Below, in pieces: positions 1 to 8,104 of a DNA stretch of 64,000 bases. The DNA is from Deltaproteobacteria bacterium HGW-Deltaproteobacteria-2 (GTDB taxonomy: Bacteria > Desulfobacterota > Syntrophia > Syntrophales > Smithellaceae). Every line of letters starts with the position of its first letter. Within the stretch, counting starts at the first letter, position 1. The stretch is from contig PHBC01000002.1 of the NCBI GenBank assembly GCA_002840505.1, forward strand, positions 517,544 to 581,543. The letters run 5' to 3'. Made by a program: the position numbers and the translations under genes. Below the pieces are notes generated by a model. The model was not told the origin of the DNA, ran no database searches, and saw nothing but the letters and a program-made list of their open reading frames with translations.

Positions 1-1244
1 TTGGCGCCGCTCCCGCTTAACGTGAGATTGTAGTAATTGTTGTTATGCACAGTTTGCGCCGCGCCGTTATAATTTACAGTGTTACCGTTTGCGGTTGCGG
101 TCAGCGTGGTGATGCCCGAAGTGCCACCGATATTGAGAATACCAGAGGTACCTTGAGTTACTCCGCCAGTTCCCGATAGGGCAGTACTTGCATTAATAGT
201 TCCGTTGTTAGTGAGTGTTGTACCGGTAACAGTAAGCAATGTTGCAGATGTCAATGTTCCGCTATTTGCATATGCCCCTGTGAATGTTGCTGTTGGAATT
301 ACAATAGCCGTTGTTCCACTTAAGGTTTTGTTTGTCCCACTAAAAGTATGTGTTCCGGTATTTGCCGTAAAAGTGGTTGCGTTGTTGGTCAGGCTCCCGG
401 CAAAGTTAATCGCCGCAGCGCCGGTTTCATTCCAGACACCACCGGAATTAATTGTTACATCTCCGGTAAAGGTCTTGGTGGCAGTATTGGCAAGGGTTAA
501 CGTGCCGGTAACTGAAGTTGCACCGGCAACAGAAAGCGTCCAGGTATTTGTAGAGCCGGTGGAAAAAGTTGCTCCGGAGTTCACAGTCAGATTGTTGTTG
601 ATAGTTAAAGCTCTGCTCATCGTCGTGGTATTACTGGCGATGATCAGGTTGTAAAATGAAGTGAATATCGTACTGGGGAGAGTATTGGTTCCGGTGAGTT
701 GAACCGTTCCGGTTCCGGGTGTCCAATTTAATGTCGCTCCTGATGTGTTAAGCGCAAGACCACTGGTGATAAGTGTTCCACCGTTACTCATGTTGAGGGT
801 GGCACTTGATATGATGCAACCCCGTCCAAGTGTTGTTGTACCAGTCACCGTAACTTGAGAACCGCTATTGAAACTCAGTGTTGTGGCGAAACACCACGCT
901 GCGTTTGGACCAACTGAAAGGGTGGAAGCATTATAAGTTCCATCTACGGTTATTGAATACGAGCCCACGATTTCAACAGTGTCAGCGGATGTTGGCACGT
1001 GTCCGCATGACCAGTTTCCAGCTGTACTCCAATTGCCGGTCGTATCCGATTGGCACGTCGCCGCGTAAACATTTTCACTCAACGTAAACAGCCAGATAAG
1101 CGACACGAAAAGCACGAATATGGAGAATCGTCTACTTATAACATTTCTGCTCTTTTCATGACTTAAGATTCCGCTCTCGACAGGGGATTGAAACAGTTGC
1201 CGTTCCTGTAAAGAACAATTTTCAGATTCGTGGTTTTTCGTCAT
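1..1244 (-). CDS. Secreted beta-helix / 'beta strand repeat' adhesin-like protein, N-terminal part (gene continues beyond the left edge)
   Basis: The minus-strand frame is open from ATG 1244-1242 (GGAG about 7 nt upstream) to the window edge. It is absent from the ORF track because it has no stop here. My translation gives a hydrophobic anchor/signal (FSIFVLFVSLIWLFTLSENVYA). It is followed by Thr/Gly/Asn/Ser-rich degenerate repeats (…GTLTLANTATKTFTGDVTINSGG…, …NYYNLTLSGSGA), typical of parallel beta-helix surface proteins. The Val-rich + ORF 205-654 is its antisense shadow. Confidence 0.6.
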   Translation of the reverse strand, partial: MTKNHESENCSLQERQLFQSPVESGILSHEKSRNVISRRFSIFVLFVSLIWLFTLSENVYAATCQSDTTGNWSTAGNWSCGHVPTSADTVEIVGSYSITVDGTYNASTLSVGPNAAWCFATTLSFNSGSQVTVTGTTTLGRGCIISSATLNMSNGGTLITSGLALNTSGATLNWTPGTGTVQLTGTNTLPSTIFTSFYNLIIASNTTTMSRALTINNNLTVNSGATFSTGSTNTWTLSVAGATSVTGTLTLANTATKTFTGDVTINSGGVWNETGAAAINFAGSLTNNATTFTANTGTHTFSGTNKTLSGTTAIVIPTATFTGAYANSGTLTSATLLTVTGTTLTNNGTINASTALSGTGGVTQGTSGILNIGGTSGITTLTATANGNTVNYNGAAQTVHNNNYYNLTLSGSGA

Positions 1245-1705
1245 TGGATCACTCCGATTTTGCATTTATCTGTTCCAGCCTCTTAAACTTTTATAATCAT
1301 TAATTAAATTGATAGTTTAGTGCATTTTTTATACCAAGGCAACTACTATATTTCCCTATTTAAATCTAATTTAAATTAGCAAGTAATATCATAGATATAC
1401 GTTTGTTAAACGCCTGCGTATCAATACCTCTGGCAATCAATAAAATCGCCAAATGGTTTTTTTACATCATAATATGTAGATTCATCTACAAATACTGTTA
1501 GTTGCGGTAAATCATTGAATTTATCGTAAAAGATTTGTTCGGTGGAATATGGGATAAATTAAAAGAAGGATATGGAAATATCTCTTTATTCCGGCACAGT
1601 CTCATCCGCCTGTGTTCTCTACAAGATACAAAAAAATCTTAATCGAAATGTTCAATCCAATTGAACGAAAATATGAAGAAGATTCATCTTCCTTTTGCAC
1701 GGTGC

Positions 1706-4471
1706 TTAATCAGCGTCGGGAAAAGTAAAAAGAACTGTTCTCTCTGCCTGTTTCTGCGCGGGAGCGTTTTGATCGGCACTGTTTTCCTGATATAAATCCT
1801 TCGGTATTACGGTTTTTATTCGCTTATCACCGTCGGTTTCTTTTTGAACACCTTTTTGTGATAGTGGCGTCTGAACAGAAGGTATTGAAATAGAGGTTTT
1901 TGAAACAACGCATTGAATTTCTCCCAGATCGGTAATAGTTTCTCCTGCCTCGGTAAATGTAACGGTAAACCCGCATTTGCCGCCCTCATAATCCACAGTG
2001 GCGCTATAGGTGCCCGGCAAGATTGTATTTCCACCTGATTTTCTTAGTTTCGCGATAGCGCTGCAACTCTGGTTATTCTGGCTATCGGCAGCATCTGCGT
2101 TCGTTTCTGCGGATAGGCTGTTTTCAATATAAAATTCCCCTCCTTTTCCAGTGGGGTACGACAAATTCTTTTCACCTGTTTTCATGGATATTTCTACAAA
2201 TTCCAGCGGTTCTTTTTTCCCTTCTTTTTGCACAACCAGTGTTCCTGTGAGCGCCCGAACCTGCCGTGCGTCGAAGTAAACGCAGGAACCGCTCCATAAC
2301 GAAGGCGAGATCGACTTGTTCACGTCGGATATACTGTAATCGATCGGAATATTTTTTGTATCGAGCGTGATCTTGTTTTGGCCGTAGGAAGCAAGTGTCG
2401 GCACAACCATTGTACCGGAAGAACTTGCTTTTCCAATCTCCTGACCATTATTGAGCACCGCGGCCCCAGGCACTTCTTTATTAAGCACCACGATGCTGAA
2501 ACTATCGCTGACCGGCCGCGAGAAACCAAAAAATCCTCCGGTATACACAAGCGATCCGGCGGCTGAAAAATTATACGATTCGGTAGTTGTACCGGCGGTG
2601 TTCTGCATGGTGGCATCAACAGAATAGATGCCGTATTTGGCATTATACTGAACATAGGGATTGAACGCGGTTGTTGTATTTGTCGCAGTTTCGGAACGAT
2701 TGAGGGAAGCACGATAGCCGACACCTTCCCCGACGGGTACGTCTTTTTGTATTTGCAGAGTTTCCGAATTAACGTCGCCGCTGCCGGCGCTTGCTTGTGC
2801 GGAACCCCGAATACCCTTACCCAGATCAAAGTTGAGACCGACATAACAACTGTAAGTTGTATTCTTCGTTGTATCGGTGGTTGTATGGGTAACCGAACCG
2901 GTCGCAAAGAGGCTGATTGATTTGTAGAGCGTTCGGGAATAGTTTAGAGAAATGACGCGCGTATCAACACCCTTGAACGTTGCGGACTCCGCGTAATTGA
3001 CAGAAAAACTCCCCAGAGGATTCAGCAGTAAACCCGCTCCCACGTTCATTTCCAGTTGATTGCTGTCAGCCGTTTGCAGGGGATTGCCGACGGTCGCGTA
3101 GTCCCGGGAATATCCACGCAACAGAGCATTCGTGTTGAAACTGCCGAGCTGATAGGAATGCTGGAGTGATACTGCTCCTCCCAAATCGTTGCCGCTTGCG
3201 GAACTTCCGGCAAGAGACATAGTCAACTGGCCCAACTGGGGAATGGCAAATGCCGCGTATAGTCCGCCGTTATAGACACCATCAGAATCTTCTGTCCGCA
3301 CTCCGATATTAAAGTTATTAGTTACGCCGTAGCGATGGAACGCGGAAAAGGCGGCGTTGCCATAATCATCGCTTGCGATTCCATAATTGTTCCGCATTAA
3401 ACCAACATGATAACTGTACTCGTGCAGACCCTGCCGCAGCATTTGAGCACTAAAATACGCCAGATAGGAAATTTTCTGCACATTGCCAAAGGGATCTTTA
3501 AGCAAGACTTCAACATTATGGGAACCGGAGGATGAGTAAATATTTTTTAAATCGAACGACCCGGGCGTAATGGTCTGTTTCCCTATCAGTATGCCGTCCA
3601 GATAGATTTCTGCCTGAGTAGGAAAAATGACCGATCCCCTTAGGTCCATAACCGGCTGGGTTATGAAATAGGGGTCAAGCCTGTAAACCTTCGAAAAACC
3701 GATGCCTCCCATGTTGACGGTACTGCCCAGATCTCCGGAGTTGGCATACTGATCTCCCATTACTAACCACTGGAGATCACCCCGGCGCTCGTAGGTGGCG
3801 CTGCTCTGAAGCCGCGCGAAATTATCGCCGGTTGGTGTTTTCGTATAGACGGAATCGGAAGTAAGAAAAACGTCCCCGGTCCTGAAGCCCACTTTGTTTG
3901 TAACCGCAAAGGACTTAAACCCGTCGGTGTTCGTATAAATATAGTTCAGCCCGTAATTGACAAAGGCGCTCGTCTCCTGCGGATAATAGATATTCTTGGC
4001 CGCCGCCCGAAGTGAAAAAAGATCGGCGGCAGTTTTTCCGGATTCCGTGGTTTTGCCGATGATCGCAACGGTTAGTTTGTTCTCATCGAAAGTGTAAGTA
4101 ACGTCGAGCAGAGCGCTCAGAGGAACGTACTGCTCGTCCCCGCGTATGATGTTGATCCGATCTTCGGCGTATTGCAGTTTCAGGGTTTTTAAATCTTCCA
4201 CCCGGATGAACAACTTTTGCTCATTGTCGAGTTCGACAAAGAAATCTCCCTTTGATTCCGTGTTAACAATGACATTCACAACTATCTGAGTTGTGTCTTT
4301 CTGTGAGGCAGGAACAGCCGCGCCATTTTTGGGCTTCTCCTTATCGGATGTGGCTGTTGTTGAAACAGTAGTTTGATCAACATTTTTTTCATCCGCCGGA
4401 AATGCGGAATTAGTAAAAAAGGAAATAAATAAGATTATCGCAAGGATAAAAAAAAATAAACCTTCGTTCAA
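1706..4471 (-). CDS. Outer-membrane fimbrial usher (PapC/FimD/CsuD-like) of the SCPU chaperone-usher system
   Basis: A large beta-rich ORF (982 aa in the track). The N-terminal segment VIVNTESKGDFFVELDNEQKLFIRVEDLKTLKL and the plug-like AEIYLDGILIGKQTITPGSFDLKNIY resemble usher domains. It lies directly downstream of a PapD-like chaperone and SCPU subunits. The first ~60 codons of the track ORF (to 4654) read through two GC-rich palindromes. An in-frame TTG at 4471 precedes a signal-like NEGLFFFILAIILFISFFTNSAFPA, so the start is placed there; the start remains uncertain. Confidence 0.8.
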   Translation of the reverse strand: MNEGLFFFILAIILFISFFTNSAFPADEKNVDQTTVSTTATSDKEKPKNGAAVPASQKDTTQIVVNVIVNTESKGDFFVELDNEQKLFIRVEDLKTLKLQYAEDRINIIRGDEQYVPLSALLDVTYTFDENKLTVAIIGKTTESGKTAADLFSLRAAAKNIYYPQETSAFVNYGLNYIYTNTDGFKSFAVTNKVGFRTGDVFLTSDSVYTKTPTGDNFARLQSSATYERRGDLQWLVMGDQYANSGDLGSTVNMGGIGFSKVYRLDPYFITQPVMDLRGSVIFPTQAEIYLDGILIGKQTITPGSFDLKNIYSSSGSHNVEVLLKDPFGNVQKISYLAYFSAQMLRQGLHEYSYHVGLMRNNYGIASDDYGNAAFSAFHRYGVTNNFNIGVRTEDSDGVYNGGLYAAFAIPQLGQLTMSLAGSSASGNDLGGAVSLQHSYQLGSFNTNALLRGYSRDYATVGNPLQTADSNQLEMNVGAGLLLNPLGSFSVNYAESATFKGVDTRVISLNYSRTLYKSISLFATGSVTHTTTDTTKNTTYSCYVGLNFDLGKGIRGSAQASAGSGDVNSETLQIQKDVPVGEGVGYRASLNRSETATNTTTAFNPYVQYNAKYGIYSVDATMQNTAGTTTESYNFSAAGSLVYTGGFFGFSRPVSDSFSIVVLNKEVPGAAVLNNGQEIGKASSSGTMVVPTLASYGQNKITLDTKNIPIDYSISDVNKSISPSLWSGSCVYFDARQVRALTGTLVVQKEGKKEPLEFVEISMKTGEKNLSYPTGKGGEFYIENSLSAETNADAADSQNNQSCSAIAKLRKSGGNTILPGTYSATVDYEGGKCGFTVTFTEAGETITDLGEIQCVVSKTSISIPSVQTPLSQKGVQKETDGDKRIKTVIPKDLYQENSADQNAPAQKQAERTVLFTFPDAD

Positions 4472-4486
4472 CGCATTCGAAGGAAG

Positions 4487-4547
4487 TGTCCCCCGCCGGC
4501 GGGGGATCAAGGAGTATGCGCTTTGCGTGTCCCCCGCTGGCGGGGAT
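4487..4547. repeat. Two direct copies of a ~21-bp GC-rich palindromic hairpin element between the chaperone and usher genes
   Basis: GTGTCCCCCGCCGGCGGGGGAT (4487-4508) and GTGTCCCCCGCTGGCGGGGAT (4527-4547). Each contains a near-perfect palindrome (CCCCCGCC/GGCGGGGG). They stand out sharply in AT-rich surroundings. Confidence 0.7.
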
Positions 4548-4657
4548 AGGGGGTGGACGTTAATGTCGCCGTAATTCTCACCCAATTTATGAGTGCAAAG
4601 TCCTTTATCCACCTTCGTCACTGCGCGACACCTCCGCCAGCGGAGGATACGCAAAGA

Positions 4658-5458
4658 TTATTGTGCGCACATGTTTTTCTGAACATTCAGTGTCCCGTTG
4701 ATATTGCTGCTTTCTGTTTGAGCGCTCACCTCGATCGTCGCCAGTTGTCCACATATCTCTTTCGGGACGGCCGCTTCGTACGGAATTGACAGGCCGTTGA
4801 GGATATACCAGCCGGCAACTTCCTTGGTGTACATTTCCTTTCCGGCAGCGGTTTTTCCGCCGAACTTAACGGTGCGCAATTTAATATGAACATTTCCTGT
4901 GTTTTTAACAATCGCCTTCACCGCGCCGTTGGACATTTCGATCTTTTCTAAGACATAGCTCTCCTGTGGCTGTAGAGGCTTAACGAATATCGGCATCGCG
5001 AACCGAAACGCTATCGTGAGCCCTGCCTTTATGTTCTTATTAGCCTCCACGTCAGTTGTCTTTTTCGATGTGGGAATCTCTTCAACGAAAAGGCGATAAG
5101 TCTTTTCCTTGGCGGAGGGTGGGGTCTTGAGGCCTATTCTGACTGCCCGCTGCGAGTTCGCTTCCACGCTCATGATCTTTGGGTGAAAAACTATTTCCTT
5201 CGTGTCCCCATACACATCCTTGCCTTTTTCGTCCTGATTCCACTCTTTAACCGATACTTGAAAATCAACTTTGTCGCCGCCGTTATTGATTACGGAGAAA
5301 ACGCCGCTCTTTACATTGCGGCCCAAGTCCATAGTCGTCGGCTGTACCTGAAAATTAGCGAAGGCAGGAGAAATGAATATGGCCACAAACAACAAACTGG
5401 CAACCAATCCTACGCATTTATTTATTGATGCCTTAAACCCGCGAAAAATGTTCTTCAT
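4658..5458 (-). CDS. Periplasmic fimbrial chaperone (PapD/CsuC-like)
   Basis: 266 aa with a signal peptide (…LLFVAIFISPAFA). It shows the PapD-like pattern FQVQPTTMDLGRNVKSGVFSVINNGGDKVDFQVSV and two beta-sandwich-sized halves. It sits between the pilin genes and the usher. Confidence 0.8.
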   Translation of the reverse strand: MKNIFRGFKASINKCVGLVASLLFVAIFISPAFANFQVQPTTMDLGRNVKSGVFSVINNGGDKVDFQVSVKEWNQDEKGKDVYGDTKEIVFHPKIMSVEANSQRAVRIGLKTPPSAKEKTYRLFVEEIPTSKKTTDVEANKNIKAGLTIAFRFAMPIFVKPLQPQESYVLEKIEMSNGAVKAIVKNTGNVHIKLRTVKFGGKTAAGKEMYTKEVAGWYILNGLSIPYEAAVPKEICGQLATIEVSAQTESSNINGTLNVQKNMCAQ

Positions 5459-5526
5459 GCCTTATCTCCATTTCTTAATTGAAATTTTTTATTCTTCACT
5501 ATTAAAGTTGTATACCAAAAAACCGC

Positions 5527-6552
5527 TTAATAGCTAATCGTTAATGTTATCGTGTCACTATACGTGCCCGCCGGCGCGTCGTTAAGGGCTCCGGCAGGAA
5601 TAGAAGGTGTCAGCGCTAAATTACCAGTTCCACTACCACCTATGCTAATCGTATCGCCCTTACCGGTAATGGGGGTCGTATAGATAATATTATAAGCGAT
5701 ATAATCGCTTGTGCCATGTAAAAGCCTGTACCCCGTACCCATATTTGTTCCGCCATTAGCACCGGCAGCTGTAACAGCATACGTGTTCCCGGCAGCAGTA
5801 CAATAAATGACCGGTTTGGTTGTTACAAGTGCTTCCGAGGCTGCAACTCCTCCGGCATTTGCAACTGCGTTAAGAGTGCCGAAATCTATCACTCCGTTAC
5901 CACCCGTATGGCATCCCCTTGCGGAATTGACCGTGAGACTGTAAGTGGCGGAGGCTTGCGATCCGTTGACATCCGTCACTGTAACCGTAAAACTAAAAGG
6001 TCCTGAAACCTGCGGTATTCCTGTAATCGTAATTGAGGTGCCCGAAGTGCTGCTCAGGTTAAGCCCGGGGGGAAGATTCGTGGCTGTCCAAGAGTACGGG
6101 GTCGTCCCTCTGTCCGCTGTCAAAACAGCAGATGTTGTATATGATTGATACTGAGTCGCATTAGTAGAGAATGTGCCGCTCGTGAGCGTAAGGCGAATGG
6201 CACGATTGATCACAAGGGTGTACGCGCAGGTCGGATCGATGCCGGCCTCGTAATGTCTTATCGAAAGGTTGTAAGTACCCTGTGAGTTTCCAGCCAGCGA
6301 ACCCGACAGATCAACTGAATTAATATAGTTATTATGTAAACTCAGGCCGTTCGGATACCAGCAAAACAAACAGTACCAACCTGGGGTTTGATTCCCGTTG
6401 GTACCAGTAAAGGTGTACAAATAGGGTCTCCCCACTGTACCTTGCGGGAGCGTTCCCGGGCACGTAATTGCAGCATAAGCAGTGCTGATCAGCCCTGTCA
6501 GCAATAATGAAATAATAATATATCCTGCTTTCAGATTCTTACGCTTCATCAA
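5527..6552 (-). CDS. SCPU-domain pilus subunit with two N-terminal Ig-like (He_PIG-type) domains; candidate adhesin
   Basis: 341 aa with a signal peptide. It contains two segments with the 'putative Ig' pattern: LPQGTVGRPYLYTFTGTNG… and TTPYSWTATNLPPGLNLSSTSGTSITITGIPQVSGPFSFTVTVTDVNGSQASATYSLTV. A pilin domain follows, ending GTYSDTITLTISY like the two SCPU subunits upstream. Confidence 0.75.
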   Translation of the reverse strand: MMKRKNLKAGYIIISLLLTGLISTAYAAITCPGTLPQGTVGRPYLYTFTGTNGNQTPGWYCLFCWYPNGLSLHNNYINSVDLSGSLAGNSQGTYNLSIRHYEAGIDPTCAYTLVINRAIRLTLTSGTFSTNATQYQSYTTSAVLTADRGTTPYSWTATNLPPGLNLSSTSGTSITITGIPQVSGPFSFTVTVTDVNGSQASATYSLTVNSARGCHTGGNGVIDFGTLNAVANAGGVAASEALVTTKPVIYCTAAGNTYAVTAAGANGGTNMGTGYRLLHGTSDYIAYNIIYTTPITGKGDTISIGGSGTGNLALTPSIPAGALNDAPAGTYSDTITLTISY

Positions 6553-6566
6553 ATGAATGCCTTAAT

Positions 6567-6616
6567 AAAAAACGCAGCCTTCTGCAATCATCCTTTTTCA
6601 GGCAAACAGGCTGCGT
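6567..6616 (-). terminator. Putative intra-operon attenuator/terminator hairpin after the second SCPU gene
   Basis: An 8-bp GC-rich stem ACGCAGCC (6572-6579) / GGCTGCGT (6609-6616). An A-run at 6567-6571 gives a U-run after the hairpin on the minus-strand transcript. The loop is large (29 nt). Confidence 0.4.
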
Positions 6617-6646
6617 CAACAAATTAAAGAGTTGCCGTTTTTCAAA

Positions 6647-7177
6647 CTAATACGAAAGAGTCAATGTAACCATGTCCGAATAGTCGGTATGGGCAATAGC
6701 GGCCTGTGCGTCTGCCGCCGGAACCTTTATGCTGATACCCATAGCCCGCGCGGTAGTGTATCCCGCACCCGTAAAATGGCCCGTGCCTCCGGTGTCGCCG
6801 GCGCACATAAAGGTGTACGCGATTGCGTCTGCCGGCCAACTTATGGATCTGAGCGCCATTCCGCTGACACCACCGGATGTGCAGGTCTGATTAACGGCGG
6901 TTCCGTTGGCGCTGGACACATTAACCGTAAAGACTACGCCGTTGGTGCACTTCACCAATTCATCGGCAGTCGGTGAAAAGTTCTGATCCGCCGCCGACTG
7001 TGAATCAATAGTTAGCGGATTCGGGAACGAGCCATGCTGGGCCTCCATGCACGATGCTCCTATCTGCGCACTCACCGTCACGGTCGTACTTGCAAATCCC
7101 GAAGGAGTTGCCGCAAACGCACCTGTTGTTATGCTAATGGCAGCAAATGCTGCCACTAGCCATAATATCTTCTTCAA
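6647..7177 (-). CDS. SCPU (spore coat protein U / Csu-type) pilus subunit
   Basis: 176 aa with a signal peptide (…ISITTGAFA). The N-terminal strand is TTVTVSAQIGASCME and the C-terminal strand DYSDMVTLTLSY. This is the same architecture as the neighbouring subunits. Confidence 0.8.
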   Translation of the reverse strand: MKKILWLVAAFAAISITTGAFAATPSGFASTTVTVSAQIGASCMEAQHGSFPNPLTIDSQSAADQNFSPTADELVKCTNGVVFTVNVSSANGTAVNQTCTSGGVSGMALRSISWPADAIAYTFMCAGDTGGTGHFTGAGYTTARAMGISIKVPAADAQAAIAHTDYSDMVTLTLSY

Positions 7178-7227
7178 GGACGATCACCACTCGTTTGATT
7201 AAATTCCCGTTAACAATTGGCCATAAA

Positions 7228-7710
7228 TTAATAGGAAAGCGTTAACACTAAAGTGTCTGAATAGTTTCCTGCTATAACGCCTTCAGCAGCTGAATGAGTA
7301 ACGGTGCCTGTAAGACTTAATAATCCGGTACCCTTGGCACCTATATTAGTACCAGCCGCTCCATCGCCTGTCAGCGGTGTATTATAGTCGATAGAGTACG
7401 GTAGTTTTGTTGTCGTGCCACCATCCATAAATAGATTTTTTCCTGACCCACCATTCAGCCCTCCATCGTTGGTAATCGCAACGCTGGTACCTTTAGTACA
7501 TTGAATCGAGATTCCTCCGGCAGCATCAACAGTTACGTCCACCCCGTCTGCATTGACCGTTCCGAACGGTAATGTCCCGCCATGAACATTACAAATCGAT
7601 GTAACAGTAGCTGTTGCGTTCACGCTAACAGTTGCTTGCGCCGCAAACGCTCCACTTACCATGGCAATAACCATCATCATCGCCGCCAATAGTACTAAAT
7701 ACTTTTTCAT
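7228..7710 (-). CDS. SCPU (spore coat protein U / CsuA/B-type) pilus subunit, probable major subunit
   Basis: 160 aa with an RBS AAGGAGA before the ATG and a signal peptide (…AMVSGAFA). It has ATVSVNATATVTSICNV … GNYSDTLVLTLSY. It is the first gene of the operon. Confidence 0.8.
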   Translation of the reverse strand: MKKYLVLLAAMMMVIAMVSGAFAAQATVSVNATATVTSICNVHGGTLPFGTVNADGVDVTVDAAGGISIQCTKGTSVAITNDGGLNGGSGKNLFMDGGTTTKLPYSIDYNTPLTGDGAAGTNIGAKGTGLLSLTGTVTHSAAEGVIAGNYSDTLVLTLSY

Positions 7711-7879
7711 AATTTTCTCCTTTTGTTTGAGTAAATATTATTTTTAATAAATCAAAGTTTTTACAATAATTTAGTCCTGCAGGGTAAACCAAGCACAGGG
7801 ATTTCCCGACAGGGTGGATGCTTTGAGCTTCATTCATCCTAAAACTTCATACTTTTTTGTTACAAATTTTGGCGTTCTG

Positions 7880-7913
7880 AGAACGTACCGGACTGCACAG
7901 AAAACGTACTGGA
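7880..7913. promoter_or_regulatory. Two 13-bp direct repeats upstream of the chaperone-usher operon (candidate regulator binding sites)
   Basis: AGAACGTACCGGA (7880-7892) and AAAACGTACTGGA (7901-7913) share 11/13 identity and their starts are 21 bp apart. The first overlaps the palindrome GTTCT-G-AGAAC (7875-7885). The sites lie ~170-200 bp upstream of the first SCPU gene. Confidence 0.3.
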
Positions 7914-8104
7914 TTAGACAATTGGCACTCGTGTAGTAAAAAAGATCAACTTTGTCAAGCAAAAAGAAGAAGTGTTCATGATGGTTTTTATCAATATTTT
8001 TAATTATTTATGTGAAATTAATTTCACTTTTATTATAGATACAATCAAAGGCTAAAAAATGGCATCAATTAAAGATGAAAATGTTCTCTTATTTAAAGCT
8101 GATA

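Noticed and set aside
205-654. 149-aa Val-rich ORF on the plus strand (MLVSVVPVTVSNVADVNV…)
   Set aside because: It is the antisense shadow of the Thr/Gly/Asn-rich beta-helix gene on the minus strand. The composition (poly-Val from antisense of Thr/Asn codons) and the lack of an RBS argue against coding.
2320-2907. Long antisense or alternative-frame ORFs inside large genes: 2320-2907 and 1816-2034 in the usher, 27145-28600 in fadN, 20526-23168 in the glycyl radical enzyme, 50025-51142 in pyrB/pyrC
   Set aside because: They lie entirely within strongly supported genes in other frames. They have odd compositions and no independent start signals, so they are typical shadow ORFs.
4487-4547. Possible CRISPR array, because of directly repeated ~21-bp units (also considered for 58850-58939 and 63256-63444)
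   Set aside because: There are only two or three units, and each is strongly self-palindromic. Spacers are of unequal length, some units are inverted relative to each other, and no cas genes are present. They behave like REP/MITE elements instead.
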